Assembly (NCBI GenBank): GCA_963749985.1
Contig: CAVVOS010000006.1
Location: 429,590-493,589 of the forward strand
Direction: 5' to 3'
Length of the DNA: 64,000 nt
Source of the DNA: an uncultured Acidobacteriaceae bacterium
GTDB taxonomy: Bacteria; Acidobacteriota; Terriglobia; Terriglobales; Acidobacteriaceae
In this document: in pieces, positions 16,676 through 25,220 of the stretch
How positions within the stretch are numbered: position 1 is the first letter of the stretch
Layout of the letters: each line of letters starts with the position of its first letter
Translations under genes and position numbers: made by a program
Notes under the pieces: model-generated
The model's database searches: none
What the model saw: only the letters and a program-made list of their open reading frames with translations
Told to the model about the DNA's origin: nothing

Positions 16676-19210
16676 GTGACCGACACTCTCCAACTCGAAC
16701 CCACCACCCACCTCCACGACGCTCCCAAGCTCCTGGTCGAGTGGTCTCCGCGTTGGCACGAGTTCGTCACTTCCATCCGCCCCGCCTTTGCCCGCTCCGG
16801 CGCCCGCCTCGCCGGAGAAGCTCCCCACGGTCTTTTCCCGTATCGTGGACTCTTCGCCTCCTGGTTTCTCGAAGCCCTTCTGCTCTTCGCGGTCATCATC
16901 ATTCCCCGCGAAGTCAACCGACTGCGCCCCTACGCCCCGCCCCGTCTGCAGCCCAATGAAGTCATTTACTATTCCGGCGACGAACTCCCCCGCATCGAAG
17001 ATCTCGGCGGAGCCCAATCCGGCGCTACTGCCCGCGCCGGAGGCCACGAAGCCCATCACCGTACCCAGACCATTCACGTCGCGCGCGGCGCATCGCTCAC
17101 CCCGCAGGTCGTCGACGCCCCCGACCTTAAGCTTCCCGCTTCCTCCATCGCCGTCGCCAACCTGCTCGCCTTCAAGTCCCACCCCGGACCGCCTCCCGCC
17201 GAAGGCCTGCATTCTTCCCTCGTCGCGCCCAGCCTTCCCACCAACATAATTCCTCCCGCCCAGCTCAACCTCGCCCGCGACCAATCCCGCGCCGGCCTCA
17301 CTCTCAATTCCAGTCCCATCGTCCCGCCGGCTCCCAGCGTCTCTGCCGACAGATCCCGCACCGCACCTGCTCTGAATGCCGCAGTCGTGCCGCCCGCGCC
17401 CACCGTCCATACCGAGCACACCCTCATCGCGCCGTCTCTGAACCCCAGCATCATCGCCCCGGCGCCAAATGTCTCGCGCGATCAGTCGCGATCCGCGCCC
17501 GCTCTCAACCGCGGCGTCGTCCCGCCCGCACCCGCATCCGTCAGCCATGAAGTTTCCCAATCGCGGGTGCAGATGAACAACGTCACCGTCGTCCCTCCAC
17601 CCGTCTCTGCGCCGGAGCGTGAAACTTCACGCACTGCGAAACTCAATCTGCCCGCGCCTTCCGTCGTCGCTCCTCCACCTTCCGCCGATTCCGTCCGTGA
17701 CCTGCGTCGCCTCGAAAGCGGCAGCCTCGGCTCTTCTTCGCCCAGAGTAGTCCCGCCTCCACCCACTCAAGCGAATAGCGGATCGCTCGTCAGCAACCTG
17801 ATCGGCAAGCTTTTCGGCACGCAGGACGTTGTCCCGCCTCCGCCCACGGTCACCGCGGGATCCTCCTCGGCAACCTCGCGCAACTCCTCCGCCGGATCAG
17901 CCGCCACGCTCGCCAACAACGTCATTCCACCTCCGCCTTCGTATGCCGCTTCCGGCGCAGCCAGCGGACGCTCGCCCTCTGGACGATCTCCATCTTCTCC
18001 CGGCGCATCGAACGTGATCCCTCCGCCTCCCTCCGTCTCCGGCTCTGGCAACGCTGGTGGGTCAGCTTCCGGAACCTCGCGTCGCGCCTCTCTCGGCACG
18101 AATAACAACGTTGTTCCCCCGCCTCCATCCCTGCCCGGCTCAACTGCGAATGGATCTTCAGGATCGTCAGGAAATCGAAGCGGAATCCCAGGCGGCATGG
18201 GCAACGGCCTCGCCAGCAACATCGTTCCGCCCCCACCCTCGCTCGGCGGCGCTTCGGATTCCTCTGGTTCCGGTTCCGGCAGAAAAGGCCTCGGCCTCGG
18301 CGGTCCCGGCGACGCCGGTTCCGTTCTCGCTCCTCCCAAAGGCGCAGGCGGAAGCAGCGACCGCTCCGGCATCGTGGTCTCGACCCAGCCCGGCCCCAGC
18401 GTCGGCGTACCCAGCGGCGGCAAAGGTTCGCTCGCCCTGTCGCCCGCTGGTGGCGACCAGCCCGGCCTCGGCGGCTCTGGCGGCGGCTCCGGCATCGGCC
18501 ACGGCACAGGCCCCGGCAGCGGTTTAAACACAGCGCCCACAGAAAAATCCGGCACAGCCACAGGCGCAGGCAAAACCGGCTCAGGCCATGGCTCCGACCC
18601 CAACGCCCGCGCCGGAATCTCTCCCACACCCGGTCCCGGCGGCGCAGGCACCGCTCCCACCGGATCTCCCGCCGTCCCCGGCGTCGACGTTCGCGGCGGC
18701 AGCTCCGTCGTCACCCTGCCCAGCTTCGGCTCAGGAGACAGCAGCGCCCCCACCGTTCCGGGACGTTCCTCCGTAAAAGGCGCCCAGGGCCCCGCCATCA
18801 CCATCGTCGCCACCGCCAGTTCCGGCGGAGGATTTGATTTCTACGGCAAGCTTCCCGGTGACAATTACACCGTCTACGTCGATACCTCGATCGGCATGGT
18901 CGTCATGCAATTCGCCGAAGCCGATCCCAACTCTGCCGCGCATCACCCCGGCGCACTCATCGGCCCCCAAAGCCTTCGCACCGATCTCCCCGCAAATCTT
19001 CCCCACGCCCGCGTCGTCATCAAATGCAAACTTGACGCTTCCGGCAACCTGAAAGATCTCCAGGTCCTCGAACCCGGTCCCGCCGCCATGACCGCGAAAA
19101 TCATGGCCGCCCTGCCCAGCTGGAAATTCCGCCCCGCCACCCGCGGCGCTCAGCCCGTAGAAGTCAACGCCATCCTCGGCTTCAACATCGACACCAACGA
19201 CCGCAATTAA
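16676..19210 (+). CDS. Proline-motif repeat membrane protein with TonB C-terminal-like domain
   Basis: GTG start. One TM helix (FLEALLLFAVIIIP). About 14 copies of a (V/I)(V/I)PP(P/A)P motif separated by Ser/Gly-rich linkers, then a Gly-rich tract. C-terminus ...KCKLDASGNLKDLQVLEPGPAAMTAKIMAALPSWKFRPATRGAQPVEV resembles TonB_C. Confidence 0.75.
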   Translation: MTDTLQLEPTTHLHDAPKLLVEWSPRWHEFVTSIRPAFARSGARLAGEAPHGLFPYRGLFASWFLEALLLFAVIIIPREVNRLRPYAPPRLQPNEVIYYSGDELPRIEDLGGAQSGATARAGGHEAHHRTQTIHVARGASLTPQVVDAPDLKLPASSIAVANLLAFKSHPGPPPAEGLHSSLVAPSLPTNIIPPAQLNLARDQSRAGLTLNSSPIVPPAPSVSADRSRTAPALNAAVVPPAPTVHTEHTLIAPSLNPSIIAPAPNVSRDQSRSAPALNRGVVPPAPASVSHEVSQSRVQMNNVTVVPPPVSAPERETSRTAKLNLPAPSVVAPPPSADSVRDLRRLESGSLGSSSPRVVPPPPTQANSGSLVSNLIGKLFGTQDVVPPPPTVTAGSSSATSRNSSAGSAATLANNVIPPPPSYAASGAASGRSPSGRSPSSPGASNVIPPPPSVSGSGNAGGSASGTSRRASLGTNNNVVPPPPSLPGSTANGSSGSSGNRSGIPGGMGNGLASNIVPPPPSLGGASDSSGSGSGRKGLGLGGPGDAGSVLAPPKGAGGSSDRSGIVVSTQPGPSVGVPSGGKGSLALSPAGGDQPGLGGSGGGSGIGHGTGPGSGLNTAPTEKSGTATGAGKTGSGHGSDPNARAGISPTPGPGGAGTAPTGSPAVPGVDVRGGSSVVTLPSFGSGDSSAPTVPGRSSVKGAQGPAITIVATASSGGGFDFYGKLPGDNYTVYVDTSIGMVVMQFAEADPNSAAHHPGALIGPQSLRTDLPANLPHARVVIKCKLDASGNLKDLQVLEPGPAAMTAKIMAALPSWKFRPATRGAQPVEVNAILGFNIDTNDRN

Positions 19211-19274
19211 TCGCTATTTGCTTTCGGTTGGCGCAGCGCTTCAGCGCTGCGATGACTCCGTGGCAACAGCCGCC

Positions 19275-19638
19275 CTCGGGCTTCGGGCTTCAGGCTCCAG
19301 GTTTCGGCAAACCCGCTGATGATCGTTCCACCCAGTCACCGGGCAAAACCCACGTGTGTCACAACACAGAATGGATAACGCGAGCACGACGAGCCGAAGC
19401 CCGATTGCCAAAGCCCGAAGCCCGCCTTTGCCGAAGCCCGAAAGCCGAAGCCCGAAGCCCGGCCTACTGCAGCGACGAGCCGAAGCCCGATTGCCAAAGC
19501 CCGAAGCCCGCCTTTGCCGAAGCCCGAAAGCCCGAAGCCCGGCCTACTGCAGCGACGAGCCGAAGCCCGATTGCCAAAGCCCGAAGCCCGCCTTTGCCGA
19601 AGCCCGAAAGCCGAAGCCCGAAGCCCGGCCTACTGCAG
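19275..19638. repeat. GAAGCC-hexamer inverted-repeat element plus 3 tandem ~80-85-bp units
   Basis: Left arm GGGCTTCGGGCTTCAGG (19279-), conserved core GTGTGTCACAA...TGGATAACGCGA, then GACGAGCCGAAGCCCGATTGCCAAAGCCCGAAGCCCGCCTTTGCCGAAGCCCGAAAGC...CCTACTGCAGC three times (19388-19472, 19473-19552, 19553-19638). Confidence 0.9.
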
Positions 19639-20370
19639 CCGCATCCGCGCCAGCAGCGTATACGCCTTCCTAAACCACACCCGCTCCCGCCGCTGCTGAT
19701 ACCCCGGCATCGTCCGCCGCTGATCCAGAATCTTCTGCGCCCACTCTCGCGCTTCCGCAGCCCGCCCCTGCGACTGCAGAAATGTCGCGTAGTTGTAATA
19801 CGTCTCGCAGCTCGTCGAAATCTTCGTCGCCTGCCGAAAGAGATTCTCCGCCTTTTCCGCTTGCCCCGTCTGCGCATAAGCATGCGCCAGCAATCCCTTA
19901 GCCCGGTGAAAGTCGTAATCGGCGTCCGCCGTCACCGCGCGTTCCAGGTCCGGCACCGCCGCCGCAAAATCTCCCAACTCCACCTCGGCCACACCCCGCC
20001 GGTAAAATGCATCCACGGAATCCGTTCGCGACGCAATCGCCTTGTCGTAACTCGCCCGCGCCCGCGCAAAATTTCCATCGTCCAAATACAGCAGTCCCAA
20101 CTCTTCGTAATTCCCCGCTGAAGGATTGTCCAGGATCGCCCGCTCCAGCTCATGTATCCGCCGCCGCCGGGGAAACATCTGAAACGATCCCCGCAGCAAC
20201 CCGGCGTCCGGTATCACTTCCGCCACAATGTAAACCAGCGCCCCAATCCATCCCAGAAACAGAATGACGAAAATCCAATACGTGTCCGGCCGCCGGCGAA
20301 TAAAATGCACAATCGCCACCGCCTGCAGCACAAATCCCCATCCGCCTAGAAAAAATAGAAGCGATCCCAT
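19630..20370 (-). CDS. Membrane-anchored TPR repeat protein (PLDc_N-like N-terminus)
   Basis: N-terminus GWGFVLQAVAIVHFIRRRPDTYWIFVILFLGWIGALVYIVAEVIPD (two TM helices, PLD-nuclease-N-like), followed by several TPR-like repeats. Confidence 0.75.
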   Translation of the reverse strand: MGSLLFFLGGWGFVLQAVAIVHFIRRRPDTYWIFVILFLGWIGALVYIVAEVIPDAGLLRGSFQMFPRRRRIHELERAILDNPSAGNYEELGLLYLDDGNFARARASYDKAIASRTDSVDAFYRRGVAEVELGDFAAAVPDLERAVTADADYDFHRAKGLLAHAYAQTGQAEKAENLFRQATKISTSCETYYNYATFLQSQGRAAEAREWAQKILDQRRTMPGYQQRRERVWFRKAYTLLARMRLQ

Positions 20371-20394
20371 GCGTCAGCGAATATAGCACGCGTT

Positions 20395-20498
20395 CAGGCT
20401 TCGGCTTTCGGGCTTCGGGCTTCAGCAAACCGGCAGCCCCTGTGTCACAATGTGGAGTGGATGACGCGAAAACGACCAGCCGAAGCCCGAAGCCCGCC
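20395..20498. repeat. GAAGCC-hexamer inverted-repeat element (second copy)
   Basis: GGCTTCGGCTTTCGGGCTTCGGGCTTCAGCAAACC...TGTGTCACAATGTGGAGTGGATGACGCGAAAACGACCAGCCGAAGCCCGAAGCCC. Same orientation and core as 19275-19404. Confidence 0.85.
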
Positions 20499-21329
20499 TC
20501 CATCCGTCTCCTCGCCACCGACATCGACGGCACCCTCCTCAATCCCCAATTCAAGATTTCCCCCGACGACCTCGCCGCCCTCCGCCGCGCCCACGCCGCC
20601 GGCATCGAAATCGTCCTCGTTACCGGCCGCCGCCACACCTTCGCCCTGCCCATCGCCCAACAGCTCGGCTTCGACCTCTGGCTCATCAGCTCCAACGGCG
20701 CCATAACCCGCTCCCTCGCCGGAGAAACTTTCCATCGCGACCTCATGCCCCGCGAAACCTGCCGCGATCTCTGCTCCGCCATGCAAGATTTCCGCGGCCA
20801 CACCGTTCTTACCTTTGACAAAGAGACCAAAGGCGCCATCGTCCTCGAGCACCTCGAAGCCCTGAACGCCAGCATCCGCCGCTGGCTCGAAAAGAACATG
20901 GAATACATCGAGTTCGTCGTTCCCATCGAACGCTCCCTGGTCGCCGACCCCGTGCAAACCATGTTCTGCGGCTCCATGGCTCGCATGGCCGAAGCCCTCG
21001 TCGCTCTCGAAGCCAGCGGCATGAGCGACCGCATCACCGTTCTTCGCACCGAATATCCCGATCGCGATCTCTCCATGATCGACATCCTCAATACCGGTTG
21101 TTCCAAGGGACACGCCCTCAGCCGCTGGGCCGCCCATCGCGGCTTCCGTCGCGATCAGGTCATGGCCATTGGTGACAACCATAATGATGTCGAAATGCTT
21201 GAGTTTGCCGGCTATCCGGTTATCATGGGGAATGCCTGTGCGGAGCTCCGCAACCGCGGCTGGAGCGTCACCCTCGCCAACGACCGCTGCGGCGTAGCCG
21301 CCGCCGTCGCCGAGTTAGGAATCGGTTAG
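20442..21329 (+). CDS. HAD-IIB (Cof-type) phosphatase
   Basis: LLATDIDGTLLN (motif I), VLVTGR, AIGDNHNDVEMLEFAGYPVIMGNA (motif IV). GTG starts at 20442 or 20457, and the first ~20 codons lie inside repeat 20395..20498, so the start is uncertain. Confidence 0.85.
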   Translation: MSQCGVDDAKTTSRSPKPASIRLLATDIDGTLLNPQFKISPDDLAALRRAHAAGIEIVLVTGRRHTFALPIAQQLGFDLWLISSNGAITRSLAGETFHRDLMPRETCRDLCSAMQDFRGHTVLTFDKETKGAIVLEHLEALNASIRRWLEKNMEYIEFVVPIERSLVADPVQTMFCGSMARMAEALVALEASGMSDRITVLRTEYPDRDLSMIDILNTGCSKGHALSRWAAHRGFRRDQVMAIGDNHNDVEMLEFAGYPVIMGNACAELRNRGWSVTLANDRCGVAAAVAELGIG

Positions 21330-21376
21330 CAACTAAATTCAGATGTGGAAGAGACTCGAAGCGCAATGCCAACGCT

Positions 21377-21429
21377 GTCATCCCGACCGGAGCGCAGCGC
21401 AGCAAGCGAAGTGGAGGGACCTGCTTTTC
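21377..21429. repeat. GTCATYC-family REP
   Basis: GTCATCCCGACCGGAGCGCAGCGCAGCAAGCGAAGTGGAGGGACCTGCTTTTC. Confidence 0.8.
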
Positions 21430-21458
21430 TGTCGTTCGCGGATGAACGAATCTCGTAG

Positions 21459-22238
21459 ATGATGAACCCAACTCAACTCGGCCTCTGCGCAGCGCTACTC
21501 ATCGCGCTCGCCCTTCCCTGCGCAGCCGCCGACTCCGCCGTCCTCCGCAACGGATTCTCCATCCGCCACCAGCGCCGCCAAATCATCGGCACCGTAACCC
21601 GTCTCTATATCGACGGAGATCAATCTAGCTTCGTCGACATCCCCACCGCCGAAATCGACCACTTCGAAGCCCTTCCCGACGATCCCACTCCACCCGCCGA
21701 TCCCCAACCCGCCGCATCCACCACGGCTCATCCCTTCGATCTCACCGAAGCCGTAAAAGCCGCCAGCGGCACTTACAAACTCGATCCCGATCTCGTCACC
21801 AGCGTCATCCGCGCCGAAAGCGGATTCAACGTCCGCGCCGTCTCCCCCAAAGGCGCCCAAGGCCTCATGCAGTTAATGCCCCAGACCGCCTCCCAACTCG
21901 GCGTGCACAACGCCTTCGACCCCCAGGCCAACGTCGAGGCCGGCACCCGCTATCTCCGCGAACTGCTCGAGCGCTATGACTTCGATCTCGTCAAGGCCCT
22001 CGCCGCCTACAACGCCGGGCCGCAGCGCATCGACCAATACGGCGGCGTCCCTCCCTACTTCGAAACCAAGGCCTACGTCGCCCGCATCGTCCGCGACTTC
22101 AACCAAAAGAAAATCGCCGCCGGAACCGTACCCAACAAGGTCCCATCCAAATCGCCCGCCCATCCCCCCGCCAAGAACCCCCCCGCGCCCACCGTCACCA
22201 AAGCCCAAACAAAATCCACCACCACCCCCACTGAGTAG
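21459..22238 (+). CDS. Lytic transglycosylase (SLT domain), secreted
   Basis: Signal peptide. SLT motifs VIRAESGFNVRAVSPKGAQGLMQLMPQTA and AYNAGPQRI. Pro-rich C-terminal tail. Confidence 0.9.
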   Translation: MMNPTQLGLCAALLIALALPCAAADSAVLRNGFSIRHQRRQIIGTVTRLYIDGDQSSFVDIPTAEIDHFEALPDDPTPPADPQPAASTTAHPFDLTEAVKAASGTYKLDPDLVTSVIRAESGFNVRAVSPKGAQGLMQLMPQTASQLGVHNAFDPQANVEAGTRYLRELLERYDFDLVKALAAYNAGPQRIDQYGGVPPYFETKAYVARIVRDFNQKKIAAGTVPNKVPSKSPAHPPAKNPPAPTVTKAQTKSTTTPTE

Positions 22239-22277
22239 CGTCCTCGGATTGCGAAAAAATCGAAAATGCCGGCACAA

Positions 22278-22345
22278 CCGTGGAAGAGCGGCGCTTCAGC
22301 GCCGCGTAAAGCGTCCAAAATGATTCCGGGCTTTAGCCCCTTGAG
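22278..22345. repeat. REP hairpin pair
   Basis: CCGTGGAAGAGCGGCGCTTCAGCGCCGCGTAAAGCGTCCAAAATGATTCCGGGCTTTAGCCCCTTGAG. Near-identical to 16036-16100. Confidence 0.85.
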
Positions 22346-22354
22346 CAGACTCTC

Positions 22355-23548
22355 TTATTTCCCCTTCTCCGGCCCAATCTGCACCTGCACCGCCCGCACG
22401 TTATCCGACTTTGCCGTATCCACGCGAACCACGCCCATACTTCCATTCACATCGCGCATCTCAACCGTCTCCGTCGCCTGCGCTCCCGAAGTCCCCGTCC
22501 GCACCGCATCCGTCGTCACAATACTCACCCGCACCCCCGCCCCCGGATCTCCCGCGTCCACCTGCTCCACCTGCCGCACCGTATTCTGCCGCCCATCTCC
22601 GCTTCGCTGCACCGTCGTCTCCCGCTCCACCAGATGCAGACTCCCATCCCTCGGCGTTCCCGGAACATCCTCCGAATAGCTATCCACCGTCTCCCGCTTT
22701 TCCACCCCGCCCCCCGATTCCTGCTTCACCGTGCGCGACACTACCCCCAACTTCCCATCCCCATCCGGCCGCGACACCACTTCTTCCCGGCTGCTGTTCT
22801 CCCCCTCCTGCTTCACCGTGCTGCGCCGCACCTCGCCCACCTGCCAGTTCCCTTCGCCATCCGGAAGCAGCGTAGTCTTTTCGGTTTCCACCACAGTGCC
22901 GCTCCGCTTCTCCCGCTCCACAATCCTCGTCGCCTCCGCCAGTCCGCCATCGATGCCCGGCAGCATCACCGTAGTCTTCGTCTCCTTCACATCCGCGCCG
23001 ATCTTTTTCGTCTCCTCGACTTCCCTCTGCACCACCTGCAAATTCCCGTTCCCATCCGGATTCGACGTCGCCCGCACCACCTTCACATCTCCGCTCGGCA
23101 GCGACCGCTTTTCTTCCTCCGTCTGCTGCACCAGCGTTCTCTCTCCGCTCGCCAGCCCAAACGTGCGAGTCGTAGTTCGCACCGTCGTACCATTCACCTG
23201 CACCGACTCTTTCTCAATATCCTGGTAAGGCTCGTAGTTCCCGTTCTCACCCCGCCGCTCGATCGTTTGCCTATCCGCCGTCCGATTCCCGCTCCGGACG
23301 TGGCTTTCCACCGTCCGCGTCGGATTCACATCCCCATTCTCCGACTCCCTGGTCACCCTCCACGACTCCGCCCCACTCCGCGAAGAAGAACTTGAAGAAG
23401 ACGAAGATGAAGATGAAGAAGAAGAAGCCGCAGAAGACGAATCACCCGTCTGCCCCCACATCCCCACGCAGACAAACAAACTCGCCCCCAGCACCACAGC
23501 TCTGATCAAATATTTATCCCACTCAGAAATTCGATTCAAGCTCAGCAT
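22355..23548 (-). CDS. Secreted repetitive protein with poly-Ser tract (hypothetical)
   Basis: Start taken at MLSLNRISEWDKYLIRAVVLGASLFVCVGMWGQ (signal-like). A run of 16 consecutive Ser within a longer Ser/Ala stretch, then repeated modules of type PDG-G-...VV.R.V..E. Confidence 0.6.
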   Translation of the reverse strand: MLSLNRISEWDKYLIRAVVLGASLFVCVGMWGQTGDSSSAASSSSSSSSSSSSSSSRSGAESWRVTRESENGDVNPTRTVESHVRSGNRTADRQTIERRGENGNYEPYQDIEKESVQVNGTTVRTTTRTFGLASGERTLVQQTEEEKRSLPSGDVKVVRATSNPDGNGNLQVVQREVEETKKIGADVKETKTTVMLPGIDGGLAEATRIVEREKRSGTVVETEKTTLLPDGEGNWQVGEVRRSTVKQEGENSSREEVVSRPDGDGKLGVVSRTVKQESGGGVEKRETVDSYSEDVPGTPRDGSLHLVERETTVQRSGDGRQNTVRQVEQVDAGDPGAGVRVSIVTTDAVRTGTSGAQATETVEMRDVNGSMGVVRVDTAKSDNVRAVQVQIGPEKGK

Positions 23549-23654
23549 CTTCACCCACCCCTCCCCACAAACTCTCATTCTCCGCCCCCCCACCTCCAAG
23601 AGTCCAGCCATACAAATGTGTCGACGGCCCGCCCATTCGAGCGCAGCTCTTCAT

Positions 23655-24410
23655 GTGAGACGCACACTCTTTCCCATCCCCTTTCCCGCTCTGTCACCCT
23701 GAGCGCAGCATAACGTCCACGAAGTGGACGTCATGCGCAGTCGAAGGATCCCTACCCCCCTACACCCCACCGTCGGCCTAGCAAGGCATTTCCACGACGT
23801 ATGCAGCGTAAAGCCTTCGGGTGCGCAGCTTCCAGCGCCGCGAACAACCCCACCCCCACCACAACCCCTGTCATTCCGACGCGCGAGCGCAGCGAGACAG
23901 AAGGAACCTGCTGTTGACTTTCGCATGCACCACTCCCCCGGCGTCATCCCGAGCGCAGCCGTTCTTCCGGCGGAGCGAGGGATCTCCCGCAAATCCTCAC
24001 CGCGCTCCTGTGGGACGCACACTCCTGTCCCTCGCCTTTGCCCCTTCTCTGTCATCCTGAGCGCAGCATAACGTCCACGAAGTGGACGTCATGCGCAGTC
24101 GAAGGATCCCTACCCCCTACACCCCACCGTCGGCCTAGCAAGGCATTTCCACCACGTATGCAGCGTAAAGCCTTCGGGTGCGCGGCTTCCAACGCTGCGA
24201 ACAACCCCACCCCCACCACCAACCCTTGTCATTCCGACGCGCGAGCGCAGCGAGACAGGAGGAACCTGCTGTTGACTCTTGCATGCGCCACTCCCCGGCG
24301 TCATCCCGAGCGCAGCCGTTCTTCAGGCGGAGCGAGGGATCTCCCGCAAATCCTCACCGCGCTCGTGTGAGACGGACACCCTCTCCGTCGCCTTTGACCC
24401 TGATTTGCTT
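23655..24410. repeat. 358-bp tandem duplication (~2.1 copies), each unit made of three GTCATYC-type REPs
   Basis: CTGTCA(C/T)CCTGAGCGCAGCATAACGTCCACGAAGTGGACGTCATGCGCAGTCGAAGGATCCCTACC starts at both 23691 and 24049 (period 358). The internal GTCATTCCGACGCGCGAGCGCAGCGAGACAG and GTCATCCCGAGCGCAGCCGTTCTTC modules are also repeated. Confidence 0.95.
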
Positions 24411-24455
24411 TTGACCTCGCCGCCGAACCAACAGGACCACCACCGCCGCCAGCAC

Positions 24456-24594
24456 GACCGTGGAAGAGCGGCGCTTCAGCGCCGCGTAAAGCCTTTGGGT
24501 GGCGCAGCGCTTCCAGCGCTGCGATAAGAACCACTCAAAAATTAACCTTGTCATTCCGAACCGGGCCGAAGGCCCGGTGAGGGACCTGCTTTTC
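24456..24594. repeat. Composite REP block
   Basis: GACCGTGGAAGAGCGGCGCTTCAGCGCCGCGTAAAGCC + GGTGGCGCAGCGCTTCCAGCGCTGCGATAAG + GTCATTCCGAACCGGGCCGAAGGCCCGGTGAGGGACCTGCTTTTC. Confidence 0.85.
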
Positions 24595-24629
24595 ACTTTG
24601 TGCCCACCCGAGTCGATCATTGCGCGTAA

Positions 24630-24737
24630 GGAAATCCGGGGACACAGAAATCCGGGGACAGACGGGACGTTCACCATTTTCTGGAGAGTTACCTCCTCAA
24701 CGTCACATCACAAATCCTCCACCTTCAACCGCGTATC
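24630..24737. repeat. GAAATCCGGGGACAG-headed element (copy 1)
   Basis: GGAAATCCGGGGACACAGAAATCCGGGGACAGACGGGACGTTCACCATTTTCTGGAGAGTTACCTCCTCAACGTCACATCACAAATCCTCCACCTTCAACCGCGTATC. The last ~75 bp are identical to 26367-26442. Confidence 0.95.
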
Positions 24738-25052
24738 CGCGTAACCGTCTCGCTGCAATGTGATGTGGGAAGAACCTTTGTGCGCCTTAGCAGACCATCC
24801 GATGCGCAACAAAGCTCGATAGCTTCGATGATCGGCTTTTCGTTGGAGTAACATCCGGCGTGCCCTGAGTTTCACGTCCAGCAAAGGCACGGATTCCGCT
24901 TTCCCCGACTGGATTTCCTCCATCCGGCGAGCGACTTCGTGCTGCCATGCCTCCTCAACGTCCAGATCAGGTTCGCCCTCATCCAGACTTTCGATCAGGT
25001 AGCCGCGCTTGTTTTCACCAATTTGGGAGCAAAGCAATTCGCGAATCCCCAA
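24708..25052 (-). pseudogene. In-frame remnant: addiction-module antitoxin-like segment fused to a HicA-like fragment, terminated inside a repeat
   Basis: YLIESLDEGEPDLDVEEAWQHEVARRMEEIQSGKAESVPLLDV parallels the antitoxin at 25960..26196. The following ...LLRIGWSAKAHKGSSHITLQRDGYA resembles the HicA N-terminal half. The last codons (TRLKVEDL*) come from repeat 24630..24737. Confidence 0.45.
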
Positions 25053-25220
25053 TTTGGTTTCGATGGCTACGTCACAGAGGGCCGCGTTTATTCTGATGTT
25101 GAGGAGTTCTTCACGAAGCTAAAAGATGCACTCGGAAAACATTATCCGAACGCGATCATCCCAACGCTCTTCAAGAACCTGAGCAAGTGTAAACACCTAT
25201 ACACCGTTGCGGCATGAACA

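Noticed and set aside
24939-25217. 92-aa plus-strand ORF in the low-GC stretch next to the XRE gene, considered as a possible toxin fragment.
   Set aside because: Its first half is antisense to the remnant ORF 24708..25052. Only the last ~55 codons are unique (…YVTEGRVYSDVEEFFTKLKDALGKHYPNAIIPTLFKNL…). There is no start or RBS context and no recognisable family. It may be a gene fragment, but that is not supportable.
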